DNA of 63,847 bases, filler included, from Octopus bimaculoides (lineage: Eukaryota): assembly GCF_001194135.2 (NCBI RefSeq). It is 7 parts of 7 records of this genome, joined end to end, with 100 filler letters (N's around TTAATTAATTAA, not from the genome) between each part and the next. Parts side by side here need not be neighbours in the genome. Positions count along the whole stretch, not along the records: positions 26,285 to 42,616 come from NC_068992.1; positions 42,717 to 53,080 come from NC_068995.1; positions 53,181 to 54,939 come from NC_068983.1; positions 55,040 to 57,516 come from NW_026379995.1; 3 more parts are not named here. One strand, written 5' to 3'. Every line of letters starts with the position of its first letter. Position 1 is the stretch's first letter. The notes below the pieces were generated by a model, which was not told the origin of the DNA, searched no databases, and saw nothing but the letters and a program-made list of their open reading frames with translations. Position numbers and translations under genes: made by a program. Shown one piece after another: positions 41,395 through 55,790 of this stretch.

Positions 41395-41575
41395 CATTAG
41401 AAGTTATAAACTTACATATAATATAGCTGAAATTTACAGAAAAACAAAAGACGAAGACAGTTGTATGAACAACAAGCAGGTCTATTAGTTTGACGCTCGG
41501 CAAAGTGAGAAAGACTTTACGTTTCGAGTCTACGCCCTTCAACAGAAAGGAATAAGAGAAAATAAACAGTGACAG
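41395..41575. repeat. Interspersed repeat fragment, class uncertain (possibly a Penelope-type terminus)
   Basis: CpG-rich GTTTGACGCTCGG.AAAGTGAGAAAG..TACGTTTCGAG..TACGC.CTTCAACAGAAAGGAA block recognised from memory of octopus repeats; only one copy here. Confidence 0.35.
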
Positions 41576-41588
41576 AATGTGTGTGTGT

Positions 41589-41637
<49 letters not shown>

Positions 41638-42147
41638 TGTGTATGTATGTATATATGTATATAGGTAGCCTACACAGAGTTTGTGAAATCTCGTTCCCAA
41701 AGGTTAGTGTCTTTCGACTTTCTAAAAAGCAGAGCAAACGGGGTACTAGACGAAAGCTTTACTGACGAAACATTTAAACAAGGATGAGATACACGGAATA
41801 TTCGCAACTGAGTTTTCCTCGTCAGTCAATGACCCAAAATATCATAGTGTTTTTGCGCCATTACTATTGAGACCACTCAAGTTTGGAGACGCCCGTGCTA
41901 TTATTTAGCTACTGGGAAAAAGCTAGCGGACGTATATTAAGACAGAAACAAGCAAGACGTTATAAAAATACTACAGATAAAGAATTATGCGTATATAATA
42001 GCACGAAGCCTTACGGCTATATACAACAGAAGAAAAAATAATAATACATATACCACAAGTATAACAGAAAGAGCTTTGTGGTGTACTTTCTGTGCAACTC
42101 TTGATACATGTATGTGGTGCAACGCACGCCATGATTGTTTATCACGC

Positions 42148-42221
<74 letters not shown>

Positions 42222-42497
42222 CATACGAGTGAGTGGACAAACGAAATAAAAGGTCATTATTCAAGACATTTGGTAAGAATTACATGTATTATTTAAAACA
42301 GTTTGATTCGGTTCCGTGTTAATTCACGTTTCGGAAATCCCTGACAGAAGCCTGAATCTTCATGGATGGCTCCTGGATTGCCGAGAAGCTGGGCTCGCGT
42401 GAGGGGCCCGCGAAACATGAAGTATAGCGGGACTGGAACAAACTATTTAAAATAATCTATCTATCTATATATCTATCTATCTGTACATACGCATATG

Positions 42498-42616
<119 letters not shown>

Positions 42617-44079
42617 NNNNNNNNNNNNNNNNNNNNNNNNNNNNNNNNNNNNNNNNNNNNTTAATTAATTAANNNNNNNNNNNNNNNNNNNNNNNNNNNN
42701 NNNNNNNNNNNNNNNNCACACACACACACACACACACACACAAGTGATACATACGTACGCATGTAACGGCCGGCATATATACTTATTCATTGCACAATGG
42801 AGATATATCTGTTATATTACATGTTTCCAATTACATACACCATAATATTGATATTGTAACAACTCGGTAGCTTTATCTTCGTGTTGTACTAAAATTGTAA
42901 TTGTTTATATGCTGATTGCATCTCGGTTATATCAATGGGCAATTGAGATATGTCCAGTGTTCAATGAAGCTCCACCATGCATACATTTCAGTTATGACTG
43001 TCGATACGTGCTGATGGAAGTAGACTGCAGTGATAATTTCATTATATGTATTGAAAGTTCTGTTATTTATTCTTCCCTAAACAAACGCTCTATCGCATGT
43101 GTTTTTTGTCATAATCTACTATAAAATATGAATGGTACTGTACCAATGGATTACGAATTTTCTACTAATAGCTATGCCATAATATGATATACGATTATAG
43201 ACATATTAGAATCGAAATGAAAAAAAAATTAACTTCTGATGGAATTCGAACGAATTGCAGTTTCTGGACGACCGCGTAAATGAAATAATACAAAACAAAA
43301 AAAGAAAAGAAAAGTACGTCTCTCAACATATGCACCGAATATGTTACCAAACGAACCACCGAAATCCACCCCAGTTCTTCTCCATACAAAACTGTCCACC
43401 TTCTCACGTTCACATATAAGGTGTTAAAAAAAAAAGATACATTTCACACATAATTACACAAGGAGGACATAGGTATTTCTCTAAATTACTTATAATTCTA
43501 GATAATTTCAACTATATATACATACATCATATGTCATTGGAAATATGATTTCTTCTTGTTAAATCTACATTCTCTCCCATTCGAGTTGGAAAATTGTACT
43601 ATGTATTTTTCATCTCTGCGTTGTAATTGACAAATTGCTAAGAGTATGTCCACGGATTTGATCTCTTTAAAATTTTGAGGCATATGCTAGAAATGGTAAC
43701 ATTCAAATAAATTAAATCGATATATTCTCCAAATATTTTAAACTGCAATACTTTGTAACAAACTTTTACAAATGGACGAATTATATAGCGAGACAGAACA
43801 AGTTTAAATCTATCCACATATATTAGTAAAATCATTGCTAAAATGCTTTGTCAAATTTCTTCCGTGCAAAAACAGGCGCTTATGATTTTGGCAACGACAT
43901 TATTCTACTTTAAATTTAGGTTTAAATGTTATGCCCATGAAATCGTATTACAAGTATCAACATTATTGATTACCTATATTTCCATGTAATGAAAAAAATT
44001 ATGAATACAGTAGATTCAAAGGTTATATTGGTTTTACACTTCTGGAAGTCAAAATTAATACTAGTGTTGACGTGGTTTC

Positions 44080-44482
44080 GTTTAACTGACAGCATGATAA
44101 GTACATGCTTCATCCATCATAATCTTCCATATATCAGTTGTTCTGTATCCAACTCGTCATATTATTACACAGTCTACTGTTTGCAAAATCAGTCTGCTTA
44201 GCCCAGTCTTTGTATACGCACCGTTGGGACAACTTTTTATTAGAGAAGACCAAAGTAACACGTAACTCGAACATTAGGCGCAATATTTAGCGGATTTCAG
44301 TTCGTCTCAATGTTCTGACTTCAAATTTCATCGGAATCGAATTTTCACTCCATCCTTAATATAAGCGTAACGCAAAATTCAGATATAAACTTTTTCTTTT
44401 CCTATCACTTTCAGAAGTCGTATTGAACACTTGCTGCAAAATTATGATAGTCAAAACTTTGCTTTAAAACACCGGACCGATA
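44080..44482 (-). mobile_element. Possible Tc1/mariner-superfamily remnant
   Basis: Minus translation IWKIMMDEACTYH resembles the first catalytic Asp motif (I.FSDEAHFH). TIR-like end at about 44480. Confidence 0.35.
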
Positions 44483-45072
44483 CACGCGCGCGCGCGCGCA
44501 TACACACACACACACACACACACTCACACACACACACTCTTGTATGTATGTGTAGTTTTATATCATTATTACATGAGATGGGATATATTATAGCTGAAGC
44601 TTAATTACTTGGTTATTTCTTAAACTTACAACTGTCCGGACACGTTAGATGGATATTGAAAGAAACTCTGCAAACTATTAGGTTATGAAAAAAAAAAAAA
44701 AAAGGTAGTAAATTTACTACATTGGTGCGGGTGGTGGTGGTGGGAAGTTTGGAAACATAAAGAATTCCCCATGTTCACATGTTTCCAGATGCAAATGGTA
44801 TACTTATAAATATAATGTGTCAGTGTTTTGTATTATTTTTCTTGTTTTCCTTCTTTATTGCTTTTCTTTTCTTAATTCTCTCGAGTATCTGTGGTAATTC
44901 TGACGCCGAACTCTAACAACTCTTACATGGAACAATTCGACATTCTCATTCAATACTTATTTCGTAAGACGCATAAATATATATGTATGTGTGTACGTAT
45001 GTATGTATGCATGTATGTATGTATATGTGCATGTGTATGTTTGCATATATGATACATGTATGTATATATATA

Positions 45073-45111
<39 letters not shown>

Positions 45112-46044
45112 GAATACGATAATACATGCATGCAGGTACACATATATATGTGTGTGCATGTGAAGGTGTACCAGAATGTGGTGCTATAGGCGGCGGTAAT
45201 AAGAACTGCAGGAAAAAATGTTGTGATGTAATAAATAAACACAAATGAAGAAATACGCTCAACCATAGATACATTCATAGTAATATATATTTATGTGTAT
45301 GTGTGTGTATACACATACACACACATACAATCACTCACACAATTATCGCTGAACTAAGAAAGTTGTAGACTGGGATGCTAGAAAATTTCGAAAGTCACTG
45401 GAGTTGGTAGTGTTATATTTTATTATTTATCTATTTTTTCTTTTTAGTAATTCATCATCAAAGTCAATTTGTGACGAGAAATGGTTCGCTACCTTTCCAA
45501 AAACCAAATATCACCATGTACAGCTTGCGGACATTTTCTCTCATCGAATCTGTTTAATTAAGAACCACATTACATCCAATGATTGTCATTAATTTTCGTT
45601 TACATATAAGTTGACCGTGTGCTTTCTTAATCCGATCTTCGCAATGAAAAACATAAATTAACAACAAAATTTTGTTGTTCTAATAGTAGACGTATTGGTT
45701 TTCCTCCACCAAAAGAATGATATGTCAGTAGACAACTACTTCTAGACTGCGAGTGAAACAAAATAAATATTACACAACAGAAGCATACGTATGCAGGTAA
45801 ATGAACACTAATACATACATAACAGTAGGCATACATTCATACTTATGTATACGCTCGTATACGTATGTACACTCACTTGCACAAGTATATGTTACACACG
45901 CACACACACGCATTATGTATATGTATATTATATATATATAAACATATATTTATATATGTGTGTCTGTATTTATCTATTTATACATATATACATGCATACA
46001 TATATGAATTCATTAATGTGTTTATCTTTTCTTTTTTATCGTTT

Positions 46045-46240
46045 CTCTTTTACTTGTTTCAGTCATTAGAATGCGGCCAAGCTGGTTCCTGCCTTCAGGT
46101 TTTATTGGAAGTAAATGACACCAAAACTTTTATTGAAATATGGAACTTAATTTATCGATCTCTTATTGTTGAAACCTAAAGTTACTGGAAAGTAAACAGA
46201 TTAACAATTTTTGTCCATCAAGCAATGATTAGGAACAAGC
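46045..46240 (-). mobile_element. SINE family A, 3' half, degraded
   Basis: CTTTTACTTGTTTCAGTCATT.GA.TGCGGCCA. Confidence 0.75.
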
Positions 46241-46519
46241 GCATACATAAAGGCAATCACGACTGGCATATTTTAATCTCCGTGTACGAAATTTTCGATC
46301 TGATTACGAACTGATTCCAAGATAGTTGAAAAGCAAATATATTACCTTGCAAATTTCATAGTCATTTAGATTAACTAAATATATTCAATATATTATGTTT
46401 TCGTCATAAACAGTTATTCTTTCATAATCTCATGTCTACCTATAACAAGAATAACGTTTTCATATATCAATATAAGGTTCGAAATCATTTATATCCGTAA
46501 AATAGTTGTCTTCCTAAGT

Positions 46520-46670
46520 ATTAAGTGCTTCGTTTCCACAGCATCTGATTTGTAGTGCAGTTATCACAGCATGGAACCTTGTGCAAGTGTCTTCTATTAC
46601 AGCTCTGCGCCGACCAAAACTGTCGAAAGTGGATTTAGTAGAGGGAAACTCGAAGAAGCCTGCACACCTA
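46520..46670 (+). mobile_element. SINE family A, 5' half, degraded
   Basis: CCTTGTGCAAGTGTCTTCTATTACAGC..CCGACCAAAAC..GTGGATTTAGTAGAGGGAAACT.GAAGAAGCC. Confidence 0.65.
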
Positions 46671-47925
46671 TGTATAGAATGATACTAACATCCAGGAAGA
46701 TCTAGCATCAAATAAGAATTTGTGGAGGAATCTGTGCTGCTACCGATAACGAAATCGAGAAGAAATTTATTGTGAAATATATAGAAGACATGACTTTTCC
46801 CCTAAAGAGTGGGCGATTGTTTCTGTTTTGTATGACTGTTGTAGCCGTATGAGCTTCTCAATCTCAGGCCTACTTAGTCACAAAAACATAGTCACACCAA
46901 TCTACACTGGCAACCTCTTTAAATAAGGTATAGTGAAACCAGTGGACTCAACATTATGAATCCGAAACTATATATAGTCAGGTCACTGATGGAAAACTCA
47001 CTTATGTCCAGTATGGAATGTCTTCCAAGTAATTTGCAGCTTTTAAGAAACAAATGAGAGGATATTAGAGATAAAATGTGGTCTTACTGGGTCACGATTC
47101 TGATCTTACTCATCATGTATGTATATGAGACCAATAATTAAAGTCTAGACCACACGCTTTCACATTATATATATACATAGGCATTTCAGAAGAATGAAGC
47201 CTAAAGTTTCTGCAATCCCTCTCTCTCTCGCTCATTTCACTTTCTCTTTTCATAGATACGCACTCACACATGCACACACACATACATACACACACACACA
47301 CACTCGCATATCCGCATGCATACATAATACACTGTAAGTTTTATCCACATAAGTTTTGAGTTCAAAATCATCACGTATGTCTTTGCTTATTAAGCATTGC
47401 CAAGAAGGATTACCTTACCAGTGAGAAGTAGCAGCTGAAACCTCCCAGAAATTATAACTTGCTGACTTGTGTATAAAGAGGAAACATTTGGCAATGTAAT
47501 TTAGTCATAGTCGTGGAATGTTGTGACGGTAATGACTGGAATGTTTTTGAAGACAGGTCTACTGAATCAAGGACTGAATCACGGACAATTGTGTTAAGGA
47601 CGTTAATATCAGCGATACTTTAATCTATTAAGAGACGATAGGTTTCCCAGTCTGGAAACTGATAATGTAATGCATCTAATGAAAAGTAAGCATTAATGTC
47701 TATAATCGTCAGCGCTATAATGTCTATAATCGTCCACAAACCCATACACTTCTCCTTATCAGCAATCTCATCCTTTGTTTCATCTGAAGTGAAAGGGACT
47801 ACAGTATGTTCAAGTCAGGCAATTCACGGGTCATTGATATATATATATATATATATTTATATCTGTGTGTGTGTGTATGTATGTATGTATATGTATTTAT
47901 GTATGTATATCTATCTATCTATATA

Positions 47926-47989
<64 letters not shown>

Positions 47990-48184
47990 ATATATGTATA
48001 TATATTTATATATATGCGTACATAAACACACACACATAAGTATACATACACATAGACACATATGTGTGTGTGTTAAATCTACCATAACTCACCAACAATT
48101 GCGAATTTCTGACAACGTGTGTAAACTTAATAAACAAGCATTATCCGCCATATTATTATTTTAATTCATATTTACATTTAAACG

Positions 48185-48405
48185 GTTGGGTGGCAGTATC
48201 GTTAGCACGCTGGGCAAAGGCTTAGTTGTATTTTCATCCGTCTTTACGTTCTGAGTACAGATTCCACCGGAGTCGACTTTGCTTATCATCCTTTCGGGGT
48301 CGGTAAATTAAGTATCAGTTGAGTACTGAGGTCGATATGATCGATCGTCATTTTCTCACAGAATCCAGGCCTTGTGCATATAGTAGAAAGGATTATTATT
48401 ATTAT
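48185..48405 (+). mobile_element. SINE family B with (ATT)n tail
   Basis: GTGGCAGTATCGTTAGCACGCTGGGC..TACGTTCTGAGT..GTCGACTTTGC.TATCATCCTTTCGGGGTCGGTAAATTAAGTA. Confidence 0.85.
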
Positions 48406-48710
48406 GAGTGGTAGTAGATTTTCATAGAAGTTTTCACTCTATATCTTAAAACATACTATTTTATATACCTTGTTTTTGTAGATTATTTGGCATTTATTTC
48501 TATTAAAATGGACTTGAATATTTCTCGTCTTTGCATCGTGAGCATCTCCATCATACTTTATGCATTTCAGAAACATTTTCGATATATACGTGTTCCATAA
48601 GTAATGCTTCAAGCTTTCTTTTTAAAATTAAGATCTTGAGAGAAACAGAGAATGAAAGTTTCTACAGCTCATCTAACTAAATAATATTTTGCTCTTAAAT
48701 AGTGTAAAGT

Positions 48711-48915
48711 CGGTGAGCTGCCAGAATCAATAACGCAGCGAACAAAATGCTTAGCAGTGATTTACACTCTAAGTTCAAATTTTAGACAACATTGACTTGA
48801 CTGGCTTCATTGTGCAGTCGAAAAAATAAGTACCAGTTAAACAGTGACGTTGATGTAATCGACTTAGCCCCTCCCTGAGATAAAAAAAAAAAACTACTGG
48901 ACTTATGATTATATT
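48711..48915 (+). mobile_element. SINE family B, degraded
   Basis: GGTGAGCTGCCAGAATC..AAAATGCTTAGC..AAGTTCAAATT..AAATAAGTACCAGTT..GATGTAATCGACTTA. Confidence 0.75.
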
Positions 48916-49570
48916 TTAATCATATTGTTAATCTAGGAATAGTTTCTCATGAAATCTTTGTAGAAGTTCTTACATATTGAAGCAATAATATATAATCAGT
49001 ATATGGGTTTTCAAGTATTGTTTCATAAGTTTCTAAATATTTCAAAGGTTTTCTCATATATTTAATTTATATTAAAATACACAAGTTGTGTATGTTAACG
49101 AGAGCAGAATAATTTTAAATAATTATATTAATAAAGTAGCGAAAATAACTGCTACTGGCAAAATTAGTTAATAAAAGCTACTACCTTGGAAAATGTCCAC
49201 CTCATTACATTTATTCAATTATGGCATTCATGAAAGCTTCTGATAAGCAAATGACAGTCCTAAAAGTTGATTAACATGTTCATTTAGTGATTAATATTTG
49301 GACATCAAGCATAAATTATTTAAGGATTAGGAGAAAATTGACGCTGATCCAAATGTGCCATTGAGTGATATATAAAATTTGGCTCATATATTGACTGAAA
49401 AACTAGAAAAATAATGTATATTTAAAACGGCATTAAGAAAGTAATTATAATGAGTCACAAATATATGAAACTATCTGTATATTTAGGTTTTATACAATGT
49501 AGTGTTTAATGAAATATATGTCTGCGTGCGTATGGATGAGCATTTCACACACACGTGCACCATTAATTAA

Positions 49571-49602
<32 letters not shown>

Positions 49603-49644
49603 GCATATATATATATGTGTCTGTATGTATATATGTATATTATA

Positions 49645-49720
<76 letters not shown>

Positions 49721-50121
49721 TATGTACGTATGCTGCGGTAGATAAGATGTTTGAATAACAAGTGTAAAATCGCGGCTCCCGTTTCATTTCATTTCACTTT
49801 GCTCCAGTAATCAAACGGAAATTAAGATTGTGACGGAGTATCGTCCAGTTCATGGTGTTAGTCGTTGCTACGACAATGGCAACTCGGGGAGGCCCAGTCT
49901 GTAAGAGGCCTGACGTAAAGTTCGTAACAAAATATGCTATTATGCGTTCTATGCATCAGAGTATTTAGTAAAACCTAGTAGGTAATTACTGATGACGAGT
50001 ATTGCTGAATTAACAAATATACCGTAATTACAAGTTCATTATTTTATAAGTATTTTAGCACAAAAGCAAACACAATATAAAATGTAATCAAAAGATTGAT
50101 AGATTGATAGAAAGATGGATA

Positions 50122-50122
50122 A

Positions 50123-50171
<49 letters not shown>

Positions 50172-50172
50172 G
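50122..50172. repeat. (GATA)n microsatellite
   Basis: Seen directly. Confidence 0.95.
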
Positions 50173-50339
50173 ATGAATATATAGTATTTAAATATGCATT
50201 GAAAATGCATCAGGCTCATCATGCATGGAGGTTAATTTGTAAAGTTGAAGGGCCATATGTAATATACATACATACATACATACATACATACATACATACA
50301 TAGTATATACATGTTGAACTAAACAGCATAATGACAGTG

Positions 50340-51115
50340 AGAAATCCCTTCTCAAGGTAGCGCTCTTAGAAATTGAAAATGTGCTTAGACTCTCCAATGA
50401 AGACGAAAGGATTATAAAAGAAACCAGGGCGGTGGAAAATATAAAAGTTTATCCTAAATCCTTTTCATGCACAAGAACAGGGTGTTGAAGCAAACAAACT
50501 CGACGCATCGTCTGGAAATCCACATACAACATTCCAAGTACATATTACGAAGATGGCCAGAATGTGAAGGCGAGTAGCGGGATGGATTCAGAAATAGAAA
50601 AAGGGTGCCATACTATGCGTATTAGGAACTTTCGTTCTCAGTCAGCTGGATTACTGCTCCCAGATGTGGTCACTACGGAGCATCGAACTGACGGTGGAAC
50701 GTGAGGCATTTGAGCTGCACTACACAAAGAAGATCATCTCGGTGAAACAGATGAGCTAATGGGAGATGCTAAGGAAATTGAAGCCCTGCTCCTTAAAGAA
50801 AAGAAGTGAGAAATATTCAGTCATATATGTGTTCGGGTTTGTGTGTGTACGTTTGCGCGTGTATGTGTGTGTAAGCAAGACACTGGAGTATCTAGCTCCC
50901 GAATTTGAAATTGAAAGCAATACCAATAATCGAAATTGATAGCACTGCTTAGGCCCCAGAGACTACATCTTCTCCATCTAGAATGAGGATCCAGTACAAT
51001 AAAATTTTGTATTTCAAGCGTCCACAACTATTCAACATTATGCCGAATAGCCTCAGGGATTTGTAAAGTGTTGATGTTGTGGTTTTCAAAGAATGATTGG
51101 GTAAATTTTTTTATC
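50340..51115 (+). pseudogene. CR1/L2-like LINE ORF2 remnant, internally deleted and interrupted by a simple repeat
   Basis: AVENIKVYPKSF, HITKMARM, and FVLSQLDYCSQMWS..LHYTKKIISVKQMS*WEMLRKLK..SLKKRSEKYSVIY (CR1-type LDYCS.LWSP..SY.ERL..L.LYSL..RR motif). Confidence 0.8.
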
Positions 51116-52259
51116 TGGGATATCAGATGAACCCAAATTCCAAGTGAATGTTCTAACAATGCCCTAGTCCGTCAGACTAGCTACACTTAGACGCGGTGCC
51201 TTACCATGGACTCAGTCTCTGCCTTAGAGCACTAGAAGATAAAGGAAAGCAAATATATTTATTCACACATATATATATATGTATGTATGTATGTATGTAT
51301 GCATGTATANNNNNNNNNNNNNNNNNNNNNNNNNNNNNNNNNNNNNNNNNNNNNNNNNNNNNNNNNNNNNNNNNNNNNNNNNNNNNNNNNNNNNNNNNNN
51401 NNNNNNNNNNNNNNNNNNNNNNNNNNNNNNNNNNNNNNNNNNNNNNNNNNNNNNNNNNNNNNNNNNNNNNNNNNNNNNNNNNNNNNNNNNNNNNNNNNNN
51501 NNNNNNNNNNNNNNNNNNNNNNNNNNNNNNNNNNNNNNNNNNNNNNNNNNNNNNNNNNNNNNNNNNNNNNNNNNNNNNNNNNNNNNNNNNNNNNNNNNNN
51601 NNNNNNNNNNNNNNNNNNNNNNNNNNNNNNNNNNNNNNNNNNNNNNNNNNNNNNNNNNNNNNNNNNNNNNNNNNNNNNNNNNNNNNNNNNNNNNNNNNNN
51701 NNNNNNNNNNNNNNNNNNNNNNNNNNNNNNNNNNNNNNNNNNNNNNNNNNNNNNNNNNNNNNNNNNNNNNNNNNNNNNNNNNNNNNNNNNNNNNNNNNNN
51801 NNNNNNNNNNNNNNNNNNNNNNNNNNNNNNNNNNNNNNNNNNNNNNNNNNNNNNNNNNNNNNNNNNNNNNNNNNNNNNNNNNNNNNNNNNNNNNNNNNNN
51901 NNNNNNNNNNNNNNNNNNNNNNNNNNNNNNNNNNNNNNNNNNNNNNNNNNNNNNNNNNNNNNNNNNNNNNNNNNNNNNNNNNNNNNNNNNNNNNNNNNNN
52001 NNNNNNNNNNNNNNNNNNNNNNNNNNNNNNNNNNNNNNNNNNNNNNNNNNNNNNNNNNNNNNNNNNNNNNNNNNNNNNNNNNNNNNNNNNNNNNNNNNNN
52101 NNNNNNNNNNNNNNNNNNNNNNNNNNNNNNNNNNNNNNNNNNNNNNNNNNNNNNNNNNNNNNNNNNNNNNNNNNNNNNNNNNNNNNNNTATATATATATA
52201 TTTACCTCTTCATATATATGCTAGAATATGAATGTCTGTATGTGTGTTTGCATGTATGA

Positions 52260-52300
<41 letters not shown>

Positions 52301-53038
52301 TCCATATGAAAATATACATGTATATAAACATATGTATATAGATGCATATACACACAGACACAAATACACATTCACACAAACGCACATATACCTGCACACA
52401 TACATATATACACCGAAACGAGCCCACATACATACAGACACACACGCACACACACATACCCACACACACACACACACACCCATATGTATATATCTATTTA
52501 TAGATATATAAAGTAGCTGTTTTTGTATTCAACAAATCAAATATTGTTGTTTTGGCGCATCTATTGTTATGGTTTTCCTAAATTTTATTATTTTCCATAT
52601 CCTTTTCTTATTCTTCTATTCGCTATTTTGGCTTTGTAATTATACTTACAATTTTTGTTATAGAAGTAGTTTTGTTGTATCTACTTTAGGTTTTCATATT
52701 ACTGTTGGTGTTCATACTGTTTTTAATGTTGCTTCAACGTTGATACCATAACAGTTTTTGTTGCTTTTGTTATTGTTGCCGCGCATATAATTTTTTTCTA
52801 CTGCATTCCTGCCATTGTTGCTTTCCTTGGTTTGTATCTGTGCTATGTTATATGTTTATTTTGCTGGCCGTCATTTTTCTTCATAAATAAGACTCATCTT
52901 GTCACAGATTGATAGATAGACATATTTTACGCATATATATACATAGAGACATATGTGTCTGTGTGCGTATGCATATATATTTGAACATATGTATATCTAT
53001 GCCTTTAAGTATATATGTGTATATATATATATATATGT

Positions 53039-53080
<42 letters not shown>

Positions 53081-53180
53081 NNNNNNNNNNNNNNNNNNNN
53101 NNNNNNNNNNNNNNNNNNNNNNNNTTAATTAATTAANNNNNNNNNNNNNNNNNNNNNNNNNNNNNNNNNNNNNNNNNNNN

Positions 53181-53219
<39 letters not shown>

Positions 53220-53299
53220 TATGCGCTAATGTCGAAAAGTGAGCATGAGTGCTCAACACCGCATTGGCGGGTAAACATTGTGTTTGCTGGTTAAGAAGG

Positions 53300-53456
53300 C
53301 TATCAATGGTTTCGTGTAAGAAGGAACCTTAACAATTATCAAGCCTGTTACATGGGAACGTTCGTACTTATCTCCATTTTGGAGACAAGTACTAACTTTC
53401 CCATGTGGCAAGCTTGATAATTGTTAAGGTTCCTCCATACATGAAACCATTGGTAG
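53300..53456. repeat. 157-bp near-perfect inverted repeat (foldback hairpin or palindromic MITE)
   Basis: Arms of about 76 bp with about 10 mismatches around a short ATTTT loop at about 53376-53380. Confidence 0.92.
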
Positions 53457-54634
53457 TTATATTAACCCACAAGTATAGTATGCACACACACACATACACA
53501 TACACGTGAATGAGCGTGCACACACACGTGAATATAGACAAGTGAATGCCCTAAATAGTTGGATGTCGGAGCGGTGAAGCCGATGAGATTGGATATTAAA
53601 TTTACTTGGCGAAAATATGGTCGTGTGTGGGTCAGCAATCATACCATAGCTCGTGGGGAAAAGAATCTTTGACAGTCACTCATATTGTCTTGGAGACGAT
53701 GTAATAGCTATGGGTATACCTCTTAGAGTAGCTGTGCACCAAGGACAGCTGTAATGTCTCAGATATTTTAGTTATAGTCTAATGTAATTCACTGCTAAGC
53801 TTTGTGCAAACATTCAAGGATGTGGCATTTCAAGCTGTAGAGAGAATGCTGCATTGGTTATGCCATATCTGCATAGGCGTATAGGAGAGCATTACGTATG
53901 TTGAGGCCTAGCAATAGCAATGAGTTGGATAGAGTGAGAGATAGAGATGAAATAATGATTGTTTCGTATTTACAAATTGTTCTTTGGTGCTGTTACACAT
54001 GTGTGATATATTGACATCTATGTGTGTACATTATATATATATGTGTGTGTGTGTGTACATGGAAAGAGTGCTGGGAATAAGTTGAGTGTATTAAGTACTG
54101 TAACCTCTAAAAATGGGAGAAGTCAATAAAATATGTGCGTTTGTGTGTGTAGATGCGTGTGGCGGGTGGGGGCTGTGTTAACCAGACAAGTAAAGGATTT
54201 AAAAGGGCAAGGAATAAAAATCTTAAATCGCTTCAAACTCAAACGAGGAGGAAAAAAAACCCGTCATGTTTGAAAAAAAAAATAAAGACGGCAACGACAG
54301 CAAAAACAACAACAGTGGCATCTGCACCAACGTCAACAACAGGCTCTATAGTTACACACATAACATAACCATTCTAACTACAATAACAGCCTTAAACAGC
54401 AATGTTTAGAACAAGAGCAATAAAAGCAGGAAAATAAGTGTAAAATTTAAGTTCAGTATTGGTGGAAATATATTTTCCTTTCAAAATACTTTGTGTATTT
54501 TACTTTAACATATTTCATTTCTTTTATTCCATTTTTTTTTTCACCCTTATAAGATAATATTTTTCTTCTCTGATCTCCATGCCGACTCTGCGGGTGGTAG
54601 CAGACGACAATTTTGTTTTTGCTGTTTTTTGTCC

Positions 54635-54685
<51 letters not shown>

Positions 54686-55039
54686 AGCATACACACACGC
54701 ACACATACACACACATATATGCGTTTATTTTAATCTTCTTCCGCTTTTATGTCACAAACATGTTACATTTTTCAGTCCTGTTAAATCACGTGACAAAAGA
54801 TGGACGCTTTTTTTCAACGATGTTATATACTGCGTCAGCGTCACTTGAAACTAGACTGAACGAAAATCTTAAAGATTGAAGCCAGAAAAGAGAAGGAAAC
54901 AAAACAATAACAAAAAACCCAAAAAAGCACGTTAAACCANNNNNNNNNNNNNNNNNNNNNNNNNNNNNNNNNNNNNNNNNNNNTTAATTAATTAANNNNN
55001 NNNNNNNNNNNNNNNNNNNNNNNNNNNNNNNNNNNNNNN

Positions 55040-55080
<41 letters not shown>

Positions 55081-55790
55081 TCCATCATGTATATACATTA
55101 CGATGTACGACTGCTGCTGATGAAATTAAAGCTGTGTGCACCTTATCGTCGTCCAGTCTACTTCCAATCGCTCTATCAACATCCGCTGCAGAAGATGCAA
55201 ATAGCCACAATGGGTGGAACATGCGTAGGGAACAATTGGTATAAACAAGCAATAAATAATAGTGAGTAAATATTGGTTTTAAATAACTCTACATCTTCTA
55301 ATTATATGACAGGCGTTCTACCATTGAACCAAAGCAATGCATCGAATTTCTGTATTCATACATTTCTAATCTGATTGGGTTTAATAGACGGAAACATGTC
55401 CATAGTTTCTCTTATCTAGAAGCAAAAACGAAGATTTCCTTCTGCAGAGGTCGTTAATTGACTAGAAGAGATCAAGCCTGAATTTATTGAAATTATCTCC
55501 TTTCTTCTTTGTGAGCAACCAAATGTAACAATAGGTTTTGGTTTTCCTTGTTCCACTAAGACGGAAATTTGAAGTAATCGCGAATATTTTATATATGCTA
55601 TTTAGTACACCAATCCTTCACTTATTTTATCCAAATTCATGTCATGAGCTGTTTAAGTTATTTCCCTCTGCCCAGTTTACTTGATAGTTTTTAAAAATCC
55701 TATCAAAATATAATCCTAAGATCTCTGGCCTATCGCCAAAGAAATCTTTTACACAACCGCTTCTTATAATAACGGTCGAGAAGGCATATA

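Noticed and set aside
49861-49883. GTTGCTACGACAATGGCAAC, resembling an RFX X-box
   Set aside because: Non-canonical spacing, mismatches, and no associated gene
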